A DNA stretch of 63,363 nt, counting the filler, from Sphacelaria rigidula (Eukaryota): assembly GCA_964200075.2 (NCBI GenBank). It is 11 parts of 11 records of this genome, joined end to end, with 100 filler letters (N's around TTAATTAATTAA, not from the genome) between each part and the next. Parts side by side here need not be neighbours in the genome. Positions count along the whole stretch, not along the records: positions 11,541 to 17,210 come from CAXNAA020025406.1; positions 17,311 to 22,980 come from CAXNAA020025407.1; positions 23,081 to 28,749 come from CAXNAA020025408.1; 8 more parts are not named here. The stretch is one strand, 5' to 3'. The notes below the pieces were generated by a model. The model saw only the letters and a list, made by a program, of their open reading frames with translations, searched no databases and had not been told where the DNA came from. Made by a program: the position numbers and the translations under genes. Below, in pieces: positions 13,002 to 24,671 of this stretch. The first letter of the stretch is position 1. Each line of letters begins with the position of its first letter.

Positions 13002-16000
13002 GATCCGCACCCTCGTAAACGCGTTCACGAAGCCCAGCACACCAATCCGGCAGCAGCCTGCATAAACCAACCAACAAAAATGACCTTAGATCGTGCACAT
13101 GTGAAAGGTAGTTAAGCCCTTATCACTGTATCTAGGTCGCAGATAGGCACGTGGACCTCAGTGGACTGACAACACGACCGCGACTTCAGCAGGTGACAAG
13201 AATAGCTACTGCAGCACAGTTGGCACAGGGGACGCAATACCGTTTCGACGATAAGTGTAGTGTCGATGCTATTATTGCAGTGCGGCGAGGTGACTGAAGC
13301 AAAAGAAGAGGTGTTGCACTCTGAAGGTGCGCAGTGATGAATAGTGCCGAGATCGCTCGTATGGTTTTCTTCACCTATCCGATTGGTCAACACACGGCAC
13401 GCCAACAACACATGCACCTTGTGCACCTCACATTAGGGGTTATACAGGCTGGTCAGTCAGAACATGTCAGTGATACCCTTCAGCAACAACCGATTGACGC
13501 TGAAAGCCCGTATCAGGCGGGTGACGATGTACAGGTGGGCAGCACACGCGGATTCATCACGTCTGTACCGTACGAACATGAGCTGTTGCGATGAGCTTTA
13601 CAGGCCTTGGAAAACGAATCCACGCGGGACGAACGTTGAGAAATAGCTGTAGAAACAGGAAACATCAACGTCACCCCAAAATCGGTCAAACGGGTGTCAT
13701 ATGGATACGCCACAAATCTTTAGCTGATCGTTTGAAGAGAGGCTTAGACTTGCGGTTGCACCTAAAGAACACAAATCGAGCACGAATCTTTTCGCTCGAA
13801 TTTGTACAGCGGAACAGTGCACTTCTCCGCGGTTTACGCACAAATATGCGAATTCCCGCATCGTGCAATACCGCGGAAACGCAAAATCATTTGAGCTCGG
13901 AAATGGTTTTGTCTAACCGTTAACCAATTGAACGGTTACCGTAACGCACTCATTTACCAGTGAAATGGTACACAATGGTTCGGGCATCGAGCAGCGTAGC
14001 CGTGAGCCAAAGATCCCCCCTCGGCAGAGGAGCCGCTGCCGGAGGGCCCCCCTGGAGGCGCCATGCCATACGGATGTGTTTACGCGATTTGACTTCACTA
14101 GAGCAAACAAAACGTTAAAATCGGGCCAGTTTTCAAGGGCTGAGTGTATCGCGCGTAGCCAGTGACGGCAAATAATGGGTTTTGACCATCATCCAATTGT
14201 TTTGTATAACCATTACCATCGTTACCATTATAATGATAATTGCCAGTTATTACTGGTACCATTTCCGAGCTTTAAACATCATAGTTTCCGTTACACTGAA
14301 AAACGCCATACCGTGAAACTCTGGTACCGTGTCGTGCTGTACCGTAGCATAGATTACGTGTACCACGTCATACTGCATCGTGAATAACACAAACCATGTA
14401 GTGCAGATACCGTGAAACTCGCGCTCGACGATGAATTCACCATGGAACAACCGCATCAATCGTATGACGTGTGGCTCTAAGGTGGATATGGCACCCCAAA
14501 CTGCGTCTCGATTCGTGAGACTGGTCATCATACTTTCTTCAATATCCTTGCTGTTGAGACCGCTTCCTGTGATCCGCCGATTCTCCGAATGGTCGGAGAG
14601 AAACGGTTTCCCGACGATACCTCCGAAACTGCTCATGACACCCCTGAAAAAAGATTGGCGCGCTTCACACACAGACTGGTACACCCGCCCGCCGTGATAC
14701 TCGCCATGTTTCACTTGGTGTGCGATACAGCGGCCGCTGTACTGTCCGTTGTCTCAGCGGTGTGTTGTAGTGCCCTACCCGGGTGGCTGCATTGCATGTA
14801 CCACGCAGCATTCTGCTGCCGCTTGTGGATGCATCGCGTGTACTGCACAGCTATATGTGCTGACCTGTGGGTACTTCCCGTGCAGTTACACAGCGACATT
14901 GGCGGCACTATAATGTTGCTGTATCGTACACCGTGTGCTGTCGGTACCCTACGTGTGCAGCTGTGCTTCATTGATGCACCATTATATTTAGACAGCTGAT
15001 TGCACCATGCTTGATGGGAGCGCTATAATGATCCCCCATTCGGTTCTCCACAGCAAAAGGGGCGTGGAAAGCATCTACCGGGGGTGAACTTTGTATCTCC
15101 GAGAAATTCCCCCCCTGAGAGGTCCCAGAAGAAAGTGTTTGAGGAGCATCACACGGGAAACATCACCACGAGAGTTTTGAGGGAGTGCTTCTTTCATCAC
15201 AAGAAGTGGGTTTGAAGTGCTGTTCCTATTTTGTGTCATGTTACCACGGGCTGAAGAAACAAATACGTCAATATCGCATGATGGAAGCGAATGTGCGAGA
15301 AACCCTGCCGACGTGCACGAGGAAGTAGCTAGCGAGGTGGTGGAGCTTCCGATTTCGAGCTGGCTGATCACAATAACTCTTGCCCACTTTTGAGGAAGCC
15401 AACTCATTCCTCGTTCCCAATATGCGCATTTTGGCTCAGTGGGATGACCGTACGATACTATAGAAAGCGGCTCTATGTGGTGATGGGACAAGAGTCTTGT
15501 GTCGTGTTTGGTGTGGTGTAGTGGGCTAGGCAACCTCGATGTTTTGCAAATTTCCTTCCCCATTTTTGTATTGGTTCCGAGCTGGGCCAGAAATAAATCC
15601 CGCATTCGCTTTCCATACCACAACTTTCCAAGTTCCCCAAATCGGCGCGACTTGAGTATAATGCTGTGAACCGCACACCAACCTGATGACACTAGGGCTG
15701 TAAACTGGACCAGTTTGTACTGGCAGTTAAACTGGAACTGGAGCTTTACTGGAACTAGTGATGAGGACTCCAGTTTATCCGGTTTACTTGAAGTTTGCCG
15801 TGACCGGCTATGTTTATACCATCTTGAGCATGGTGATTTTTTAACAAAGATGCTTATATAATCACGAACAAAATGACAGTAGGATTGGGGCCTGCACCTG
15901 GTAAAAGTACGTACAGGTACAGACAGTACAGTACAGTACAGTACAGTACAGTACTCGTGGTCACTACACCTCGAAGTAATACGGTATTGCCGATATATGC

Positions 16001-16834
16001 CAGGTTTTCCGTTTCATAGCACGACATCTGGAATAAAAAATAGCGAAAAAACGGTAGTCCGCGACCACGAAATACAAAGCGCAACACGGCTTGCAAGTGA
16101 ACTGCATGCGTGCTTGTGGGTCTGGACGTGACTCATTTTTCGCTCGTACCCTCGCGTGCGGCCAGCCTTGGCTTGTTCGCATCCTCCTCTCGGAGTCTGC
16201 TGCTGCATATTACAGATGAATGGTTTTCGAATCGCTCACCGCTTTGAATGAGATTTGAATGTCATCCGAGAGTGCCCAAGAAAAACGAGCCAAGATCATA
16301 TGCCCCTTTTTCGAATCCTGGAGGTTTTCGGGGAAGGGGGGGATTACTAAATGCCATACATGAATAAACGAAGAAAAAAAATCTAACAGATAAAAAACAA
16401 AAATCGTGTTGATGAAGCTTTATTTCTTCGCATACCTTCGGAGCCGAGTAAGGTCAATTTTCATTCATGGGGTTTGACAATACATTGCACATCACACCTC
16501 CACGACAAGAACAAAACCAGACAAATACCACAATGCTCTGCAATGCTTGCTCAATCGAGCTAAACGCATCTAGCTGCACCGTCAATTTGAGTCCAATGTG
16601 CGTCGCAACTTGTGGTGGCAGATAGGGCCAAAAGTCTTGGGCGCTACCTCACCCAACTCGCCCCAAAATGGCTATTTATTGAGTGTTTCCCAGAGTGAAG
16701 GGAAAACAATCCTACGATCGCCGGAGGGGGGGGGGGCGGGGGGGTGTACCCATGATCATGCATGCCATAGTCATACGACCATTGACCTCGCATATGAGGG
16801 GGGGGGAGGGGGGGGGACATACAGGGTCCCGGAG

Positions 16835-17210
16835 TTTTTACGGGGTACACATGAGATCAACAACCGGAGCAGAGCCGCCTGGGCATGCATCAGAAGATTT
16901 TCCCGAGAACTCTTCGGCCGACCGAAAGCACCGTGGGAAATCAAGGTCCGCCTACTGAAGGCAGAGGCGATGGAGGCCCTACTGTGCGGATGCATGACGT
17001 GGGCCCCACGCCGCGAACACTACCGGTTACTGAGGACGTTACACCACCGGCTCCTGTTGCGGCTTATCGGGTACCACCGAGTGCGTGGCACATACCGGCA
17101 GTTATCGCAAGCCCAGGCCCTCAAGAAGACCGGCTGTCAAAGTGCTGAAGCCGTCGTTCGGCAACGGCGACTGCTGTTCGCAGGAGCCCTAGCTAGACAA
17201 CAGGATGGAC
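16835..17210 (+). mobile_element. 5'-truncated non-LTR retrotransposon (RTE-like LINE), ORF2 C-terminal fragment
   Basis: EINNRSRAAWACIRRFSRELF...KVRLLKAEAMEALLCGCMTW...RQRRLLFAGALAR follows the RTE post-RT pattern (EIxxRIxxA, LLYGxETW, RRLxWxGHxxR). Cut by the gap. Confidence 0.8.
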
Positions 17211-18559
17211 NNNNNNNNNNNNNNNNNNNNNNNNNNNNNNNNNNNNNNNNNNNNTTAATTAATTAANNNNNNNNNNNNNNNNNNNNNNNNNNNNNNNNNN
17301 NNNNNNNNNNTTTGTTGCTTGCCTTAGTCATTTGACCATTGACCACGCATCCCTTTCGAGGGGGGGGAGGGGGGGGGGGCATCGTAGAAAGTGTCCTTCC
17401 CAAAATGTGTCATTTGATGTTGGCACCCTCTTCGTTGTGGCGTAACCGAGCTTTGAAAAATGCTCTTGAGGGTGCAGTATTTTACGTAACCCTGCTACGG
17501 TAGTTTCCAGTTTCCAGCAGTGGACACAAGATGTATACAGGAGCGGGAGTGGACAATTTGACACCATAGCAGCGGCGGCATACGGTGATGCAGCAGTGTA
17601 ACGAAAATCTCCCGTCGTCATCGTGCAAGAGGTGGTTGATTGCAGCGGGCCAGGTGTGGTATTGGTGATATATATTCGAACAGCCATTATTCTGTGCGTT
17701 TTGATCGAATGAGCACTCTGCGCACTCATCAAAAAACAAAACACGCCAAACCTCGAACATGCGCAAACTCAAACAGGCTGTAATGCGCGCTCTTTTTTTC
17801 CCAACGTTTTCCACTACCGGTAACATTCAACGTCGGCAGCATGCATGCGTCGAATTTTAAGTTTTGGATGCCAAGCAATACGTACAACACGCGTAGACTA
17901 AGGGCCTGTTTGACCCAGACAAAAAAAAAAAAAAACGTAGAAGAACGAGAGAAGCGGCAAAGGTAGCATGTTGATTGATCACCGGGTGGGGCAATGGTTG
18001 TACAGTAGTGACTAATCGACACATTGCTTTTGGGCCTTGTTCCGTTTCTCGCTCCCTTTTCTAGTCTCGTTAAGATATGCCCCGAACGCCGACAACCGAG
18101 AAGAAAAAACAATACGTTTGCAACAATTAGACTCTCCAGACTAATGGATTAGGTGAAAAAGACATGCAACACTCGACAATTCATGAAAGAAAGGCGAAAC
18201 GACACCACCATCTTCTCATACTCCGAAGGACAGCTGTTTTTCTACTGTTACTTGTGGCTTTACAGTGATCGCGACCTCAGATCTGCTCCGCCACGCCACC
18301 TTTATATCGCCGTTGTTCAACACCCCCGTTGAATCAAAACACCAAACCCGCAAGGCACCAGCGATTACTCTGTCGCCTAAATATTCTTCAAATAGATACT
18401 GCATCCATTTGCAAACCTTGCAACCACTCTACAGCAATACCCGCAAGTGCAACTTGATAACACTGCGGAAACGCCATACACAAAGAAGCACGTTGGTCAC
18501 TGCGGTCACTGCTCATGTGAAAGAGCGCAAGCTTTTCTTGGACCTCGGGTTAGAATCGC

Positions 18560-18700
18560 CCATGTCCCATGCGACTCCGTGGCACCCGTGAAGAAACACC
18601 AGATGCTTGACCGATTCGGCACCCAACCTGTTGCGATTCTTCGTGACGATGTTGTAAGCGATCTTGTAGAGTGGCGGGGGGTGGAGCTGAAACAACGGTG
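18560..18700 (-). mobile_element. hAT transposase C-terminal dimerisation-domain remnant
   Basis: AYNIVTKNRNRLGAESVKHLVFLH resembles the hAT Dimer_Tnp consensus (IxTxxRNRLxxxxVxxLVFL). Confidence 0.65.
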
Positions 18701-19228
18701 GGTCTGCCGTTTGGAAAACCTTCCCCCCCTACAGTAGTTCCTGTGACCACGGGTTCAAGAGATTGGGCTAATGTAACGAAAAAGGGGCCAAATATCGAGC
18801 GTATCCAAGGGTCCCATATCGGGAAATGGCTGCACCACCGCCCCCCAGGCCGCAAAATCCTCATTCTGGGGTTGGAGGAGGGGGAGGGGGGGGCGTACTC
18901 ATTTGTTGCTTGCCTCAGTCGTTTGACCATTGACCACGCATCCCTTTCGAGACAAAGCACCGTTCCTACTCCTAAATAGAGACACCTCCAGCATTCCGGC
19001 GGGGGGGATCCGATTTCATGTGGGGGGTACCCCCCCTGATCGCTGGATGATGGCGATAGTAGTTGCTGCACACCACCGCACCTGTTTACCGGTAGCGTCG
19101 GCCTGCGCTGAGTATACCGAAACGGTATTTCACGCTGGGATGGCGGGGAATATAATTATCGTATTTTACGGCGAACAATCGAGGCGGTGAATCGGGTGCT
19201 CTACCCCGTACAACATCATTGTTGGCAG

Positions 19229-19742
19229 CACACGCAGCCATTTGGCTACCCCCCAAAATACTCTGTTCCGGTCAACTTTTCGAGCCTTCAGAGGAATTAA
19301 ACGCCTCTAGAGGGTGCGCGGCCCTTCAGAGGGGTGGGATCGAACGCCTCCAGAGGCTTGTTTTGCCTCCGGAGGGCCGCGCACCCTCTGGAGGAACTTG
19401 GAGGATGCGCAGCCCTCCACGGCACCACCGTTTTTGTTACTCTCGAGGGATTCAGACCTCAGAAGTCACTGGAGCATCATCAGATGTCCACCAGAGGATT
19501 CGTTTTATGACCGGGACTGAGCATGAAATACCCTCTAGGAAGAGTCGTATACGATAAGAAGACCGACGGAGGGATTTGAGCCCTTACTCTCGCTGCGAAA
19601 CGCAAGCGAGACGCAGAGTGCTCTTTCCAGTTAAGCTACGTCTGTCGCGTTGATTTTTATCCTCTGGAGGGTCACGTCACCCTCGAGAGGATGAAAATCG
19701 CGATAGAGGATGTTTATGGGGGTAGCCGAATGGCCGCGTGTG
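19229..19742. mobile_element. CACAC-terminated MITE (514 bp) carrying a tRNA-like insert
   Basis: 25-bp TIRs cacacgcagccatttggctaccccc / gggggtagccgaatggccgcgtgtg. Colinear with the inverted 379-bp copy at 45141-45519 apart from a ~135-bp insert. Confidence 0.85.
19561..19645 (-). pseudogene. tRNA-like sequence (tRNA pseudogene or SINE head, Ala-like anticodon stem)
   Basis: Reverse complement ACAGACG-TA-GCTT-AACTGGAAA-GAGC...CTCGC...GCGAG...AAGGG-CTCAAAT-CCCTC-CGTCGGT. Acceptor, D and T arms and A/B boxes are recognisable; the anticodon arm is expanded. Confidence 0.65.
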
Positions 19743-20980
19743 ACCCACTACCTTTTCATGTTTTAGTTGGAAATGAAACGACTCAATATTAATCTGCCGC
19801 TACCTCGATGTTAGATACTCTTTTTCGCCACACCACGTCCACAACATTCCCCTTCGCAAAGTCTCCTCTCTTGTGTCGCAGTGCGGTGTGAATTGCGATA
19901 TGTAGATATACACGTTGTATGAACACGACTGTCTATCCAAACGTTGGCGAAGTACGTGATCATCTGCAATTCACATAATGTGCACGTCTATAATATTATA
20001 ACATTTTTGTGTCGGCTGGTAACACTGCACGGTGAACTAACTAACTTACTGCATGTACGTTTCAGTCACTCAGTAGCAGTACAGAACTGTTCGTGCACCG
20101 CCCTCCTCAGCATGGCGGCTGTATCACTGCGATAGTGCCAGGTGGGTAACAACCGGCCTTGCAAAAGCCAGCGGCACTCAGTATTCATTCTCAATAAGTG
20201 ATCACCGCGACTCAAAAGTCACTTTCCAGAAGGTAAATTTGCTCCCCGATGACCACAAGAACACCCGACACACCAAAATTCCTCGGTTTGGGCTGCCCAC
20301 GTTGAGGCGAACCCGGAGATATCTGAATGATCGTTCAACTCCGTATACTAGTGGCGAAATAGGAATAATAAATGTTTCCCTCGATTTCATTTGGTCTTTT
20401 CCTCATCCTCGACCGCGGGAGGCGGGGAGTGGTGGTGGTGCAGCCATTTCCCGATATGGGGCCCCTTGGTGTATCGATATTCGATATCGATATTCGATAT
20501 TGAGACGTATCGACAAATATCGGTTTGCTGCGCTCCGATATTGATACTGCATATCACCGATGTTTACCGACCCGTATCAATTATCGATATCCGATGTGCA
20601 ACCCTGGAAACACACACAGCTCGAGCCATGGCTGCTCATCGGCTGAGCATGTTGTGCATGACCTCGCTCAAATCTGTCCAGAATTCATCGAGAAATGTTG
20701 ATTTGTGTGAAACGCGAGCACAGCACACGCTTCAAAACGGCCAGCGACGACGCGTTTTCGGTCGTTTCTGATACGCACTCGGCCGCAATTTGTGCAATAC
20801 ATAACGGATTTTCGTCAAACAAAGACTGCCGTGTGTACTGTAGGTCGGCAAGGGCTAGCGTAGGAACCGATGCGCGTGAGTGGTGGGTGTCTATGCGTGT
20901 TTCTTCGTGGCTGGGTGTGTAGGTGTTGTGCTGCCTTGTTGCGTCTTGTCTGTAGCATTGCAGAGACCTTAGACTTGAAC

Positions 20981-21409
20981 TGTAATGCGTGGAAGGACCG
21001 CGTGGTCAAGGGACCGCATCGCAGTTCAGGCACCCCTATGGTTTGGGTTAGGATTATAGGGTTAGTGTTGAGGCTAGGGTCAGGGGCGTGTGTACTGCGT
21101 GAGAGGATTGCGTGCTTAGGGGACCGCATCGTAGTTCGGAACACCTCAGCATCGACGTTTTTCAAAAACAATCGGCCCAGTCCCTGCAGGGACCACACCC
21201 CTGACCCTAACCCCAACACTAACACTAACCCTGACCCTGACCATAGGGATGTTCAAATTCCGAGGCCGTCCTCTAAGCACGCGGTCCTCTCACGCATGAC
21301 AGCGTGGTCCCTGAAGGGACTGGCCCGATAGGTTTTGAAAAATGCCGATCTTGGGGTGTTTCCAACTACGATGCGGTCCTCCAAGCACGCGGTCCTTCCA
21401 CGCATTACA
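20981..21409. mobile_element. Nested pair of 211-bp TG...CA MITEs with internal TTAGGG-like repeats (inner copy 21091-21301, inverted)
   Basis: TIR tgtaatgcgtg(a/g)(g/a)aggaccgcgtg. The inner copy is flanked by a 5-bp duplication GCGTG (21086-21090 / 21302-21306). Confidence 0.9.
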
Positions 21410-21879
21410 CCTCGACCACTTCCACATCCGCCGCATTTCTGAACCTACGTGCAGATCTGGGTTTCGATCCGTGTGAAACTGCTTCTCGATAGGACTCAGG
21501 ATTGGTCGTTATGGGGCCAATCCCCTGTCATGAGGGGATCTTGAGAAGGGGAAGAATCCCCTTCGATACGAATTGCACCGCTTTTCAGAACGAGCTACTG
21601 GGACTACAGAGAGCTGGCACACCAACCCCACGAACACGAAAGACACCGCGCGGCGTCCCTGCTGCCGCTGAATTTGCTGAGTTGCTGCAGTGTATTCAAC
21701 GTGTAGGCCGCGACCTCAGTATGAACTTAGTTGGGAGCTATATTCTGTTGAGTGGGGGCAGGATCAACGGCTTGTCGCATTATTACTCTGGCACACGGCA
21801 GGTTCTTGATTTTATGCCCTCCAGTTTAGCTCGATGTAAGACCATCACTGTGAAGGGCAGGCGATAATCATTCTGGTGA

Positions 21880-22510
21880 GACTATCGACCTCCCCGAGCA
21901 ACTGATGGTGGTGGACATCCACCGGGTCATGTGCAAGATTACCGGCTATTGCCGTTCCATCTGCCAGAGTCTGAAAAACGAACATGTCCCCGAACGAGTG
22001 CTGGTGCGCTGGATAACGATTGTCACGTGTAAACCCTGTGCCTAGAATATTGTCACCTTCCACGTTCTGAGGAATAATGCGATGTCCTTGAGCAAGTGCC
22101 CATGGTTGACGACGAGTGTCATGTGTAAGGATTCTTGCTGCTGTTATTTTTTCATCTGCCTAGGAGAAAAATGATCCTCCCGAACAAGTGCTGGGTGATG
22201 GGGAACGAGTATCATGTGTTATCACTGGGTCATGCCGGTTCATCTGCCAGGGTCGAACCAAAAGCGACCTCCCCGAGCAACTGATGTTGGTGGACATCCA
22301 CCGGGTCGTGTGCAAATGACTGGATCACATTCGCTCATTTGCCGGGGTCGAAGTAGACACGGCATTCCCAAACGAGTGCCGATGCTTTACGATGGTTGCC
22401 ACATGAAAAATCACTGGGTGAAAATATTTTCATCTCTCCGGGTGGACTGATAGACGATGTCCCCGAAGGCCAGCCGGTGGTTTACGACGGGTATCATGTG
22501 ATGACCGGGT
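21880..22510. repeat. Degenerate tandem repeat, ~92-98-bp period, ~7 units
   Basis: Anchor (c/g)a(c/t)(c/g)tcccc-ga(g/a)caa at ~21886, 21983, 22081, 22173, 22265, 22362 and 22455. Unit 1 closely matches unit 5. Confidence 0.65.
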
Positions 22511-23460
22511 GAACTATTTCCCCCCTCGCGAAGCGCGAATCAGTGGCCATGTTCTTTTCATCTGCCAGGCGCTCACTGAATATGATAGTCATACAGGAAT
22601 GCTGATAGCGGACTAAGATCAAAATCTGTAAAACGCAGAGAAATGAGCATGTTCATAGACGTGTCGAAGTCTCACGACAAATCCGAAAATACTTCCAACA
22701 AAAGCTCATCCGACCGAGATCGACAACCACAACGTCCATCCAATAACAGGCACCACGTGACCACTCGTACTACTTTCCACCCGCAGCAAGCGCACTCAAC
22801 GGCATCACCGCGCCCCTGCTCAAAGAGCACACCGACAGCGATAGAGGGCACTCCCTCCCAGCGACGATCCCCCCCCCGCCCCTGCAACGCGCCTTAGAGT
22901 CATGCTGCGATAGGGGGGGTGTACTCATGATTATACCTGCCATAGTCATCAGACCATTGACCTCGCATCCCTACAAAGCCNNNNNNNNNNNNNNNNNNNN
23001 NNNNNNNNNNNNNNNNNNNNNNNNTTAATTAATTAANNNNNNNNNNNNNNNNNNNNNNNNNNNNNNNNNNNNNNNNNNNNCATTTGTTGCTTGCCTTAGT
23101 CATTTGACCATTGACCACGCATCCCTTTCGAGACGGAGCACCGTGATTTTGGGAGGGGGGGGGGGACATCGTAGAAAGACGCATTGACTGATTGATTGAT
23201 TGATACACATACACGTATCCCCGGGGGATCCAGTCGTGGGACCCCCTGAAGCCGTTCAAAAGTGAGATCTCGCTCTGGTTTCTATCCAATCTTACTCCAT
23301 AACACACAAAAAACGAAGTGAAATTTTCTTGTGTCGTGTTCTTCAAAACTCGCACCCGAAAAAAAAAAAAAACACTGCGTCTCTGCCCGAGGGTTACACG
23401 TGTTTGTAACACGTACTAATCTTCTGTTCCGTCCTGTTTTTGAGGGGAGTATCTTGTCAC

Positions 23461-23608
23461 CTTGTCTCCCGCGCTTGGAGCGCTCTCTTCTGCGCTTGGA
23501 GTGAGGTTGTCGCCTGCAGCGGGGGTTTCCTGTTCTTCCTTCGTCGCTTGCGGTGGGTTTTCGAGCAAAGGTCGAAGCAACTCGATCGCGACGCCTTCAC
23601 ACGAGTAC
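23461..23608 (-). CDS. Exon C of a zinc-ribbon/Tudor-like gene (GYSCEGVAIELLRPLLENPPQ...)
   Basis: ttttgttcag acceptor; phase-2 start matches the upstream exon; AAG|gtgaca donor, or read-through to TAG at 23416. Confidence 0.6.
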
Positions 23609-24518
23609 CTGAACAAAAGGGCAGCAAGAGCCCCATGTAGCAAATGACCGTTGTCGACAAACCGATGGCGTGGTGTTAACCAACGACATGGAAAAAGTAG
23701 AGGGAAAAATAAAAATAAAAAGGAAGGGAGGAAGCATCACAAAACGAAAGAGTACAAGACCAGAAAAGAAGGGGGGAAGAAGGAAAGGAGAGGAGAGGAA
23801 GGGAGAGGAGAGGGAAGAGGAGGGGAGGGAAGAGAGGGGAAGGGAAGGCAAAAAATACAGGGGAGAAGGAGTGAGAGAGGAAGAAGATTAGAAGGACGGG
23901 AACAAAAAAAAGTACCGTTTTGAAGAGCTTTTCACGACAGGAAGAGGGTGCGTTCTTTCCCCGCCCCCGGATCGAACCTGTGACATAGAAAAAAGACTCA
24001 CGCAACTTTTCATGCAAAACGTGACAAAATATCAGATTGTTATACTGCCGGGTGGAGGCCTAGTCTGGGTAACGCGCGAACAGGCGCGTCGCGGAATCGG
24101 GTGTGGTAGTAATGCAGTGAATGGCTAATTGTCGTACATGAGATCTGATCCGCTGCAATTGCCAACCGTCGCGAGTCACGAGATAGACGAACGTGGTCAG
24201 GTTCACCAAAACGTGAGCACTAGCTAAAAGAGGGAACTCGACCAAGAGGAAAGATGAGAAAAGAAAAAAAAGAAAAAAGAGAAAGGACAGATGCACGTCT
24301 TGAAAAAACAAGAAAACATCATCGTGACGATGACGAGTCAGTCGTCTAGGCTGATATGGCGTCGTCTTCACCGTAACGGGAGATAGAGAGCCAGCCCCCA
24401 ACAGCGCGTGCATTCGTGTGTCTAAACGTTGCGGAACATTTTTTCCACCCTTCGCAACAATCGTCGAATCAACCAAAGAACACGCAGCATCGCCAAACCT
24501 CCTTGCCGTCAAACCCAC

Positions 24519-24671
24519 CCCGGGTGGCCCCGATACGAGCAGGTGACCGTAGCTCCGTCGTTGTGGAAAGACCGCACGAACCCGCGGCTCAGCCTTTCGG
24601 ACGCGGCTGCAGCAGCTGGATTCTCCAAAGGCTCCACAAACAAGATCTCGTCTCCAAGTCTCAACTCGCCC
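24519..24671 (-). CDS. Exon B of a zinc-ribbon/Tudor-like gene (GELRLGDEILFVEP...RGFVRSFHNDGATVTCSYRGHPG)
   Basis: cag acceptor, GG|gtgggt donor, 153 nt, phase 2-2, open frame. Confidence 0.6.

Noticed and set aside
23651..24017. Lys/Glu/Arg-rich and Phe/Leu/Ser-rich ORFs
   Set aside because: Translations of a low-complexity polypurine tract within an intron.
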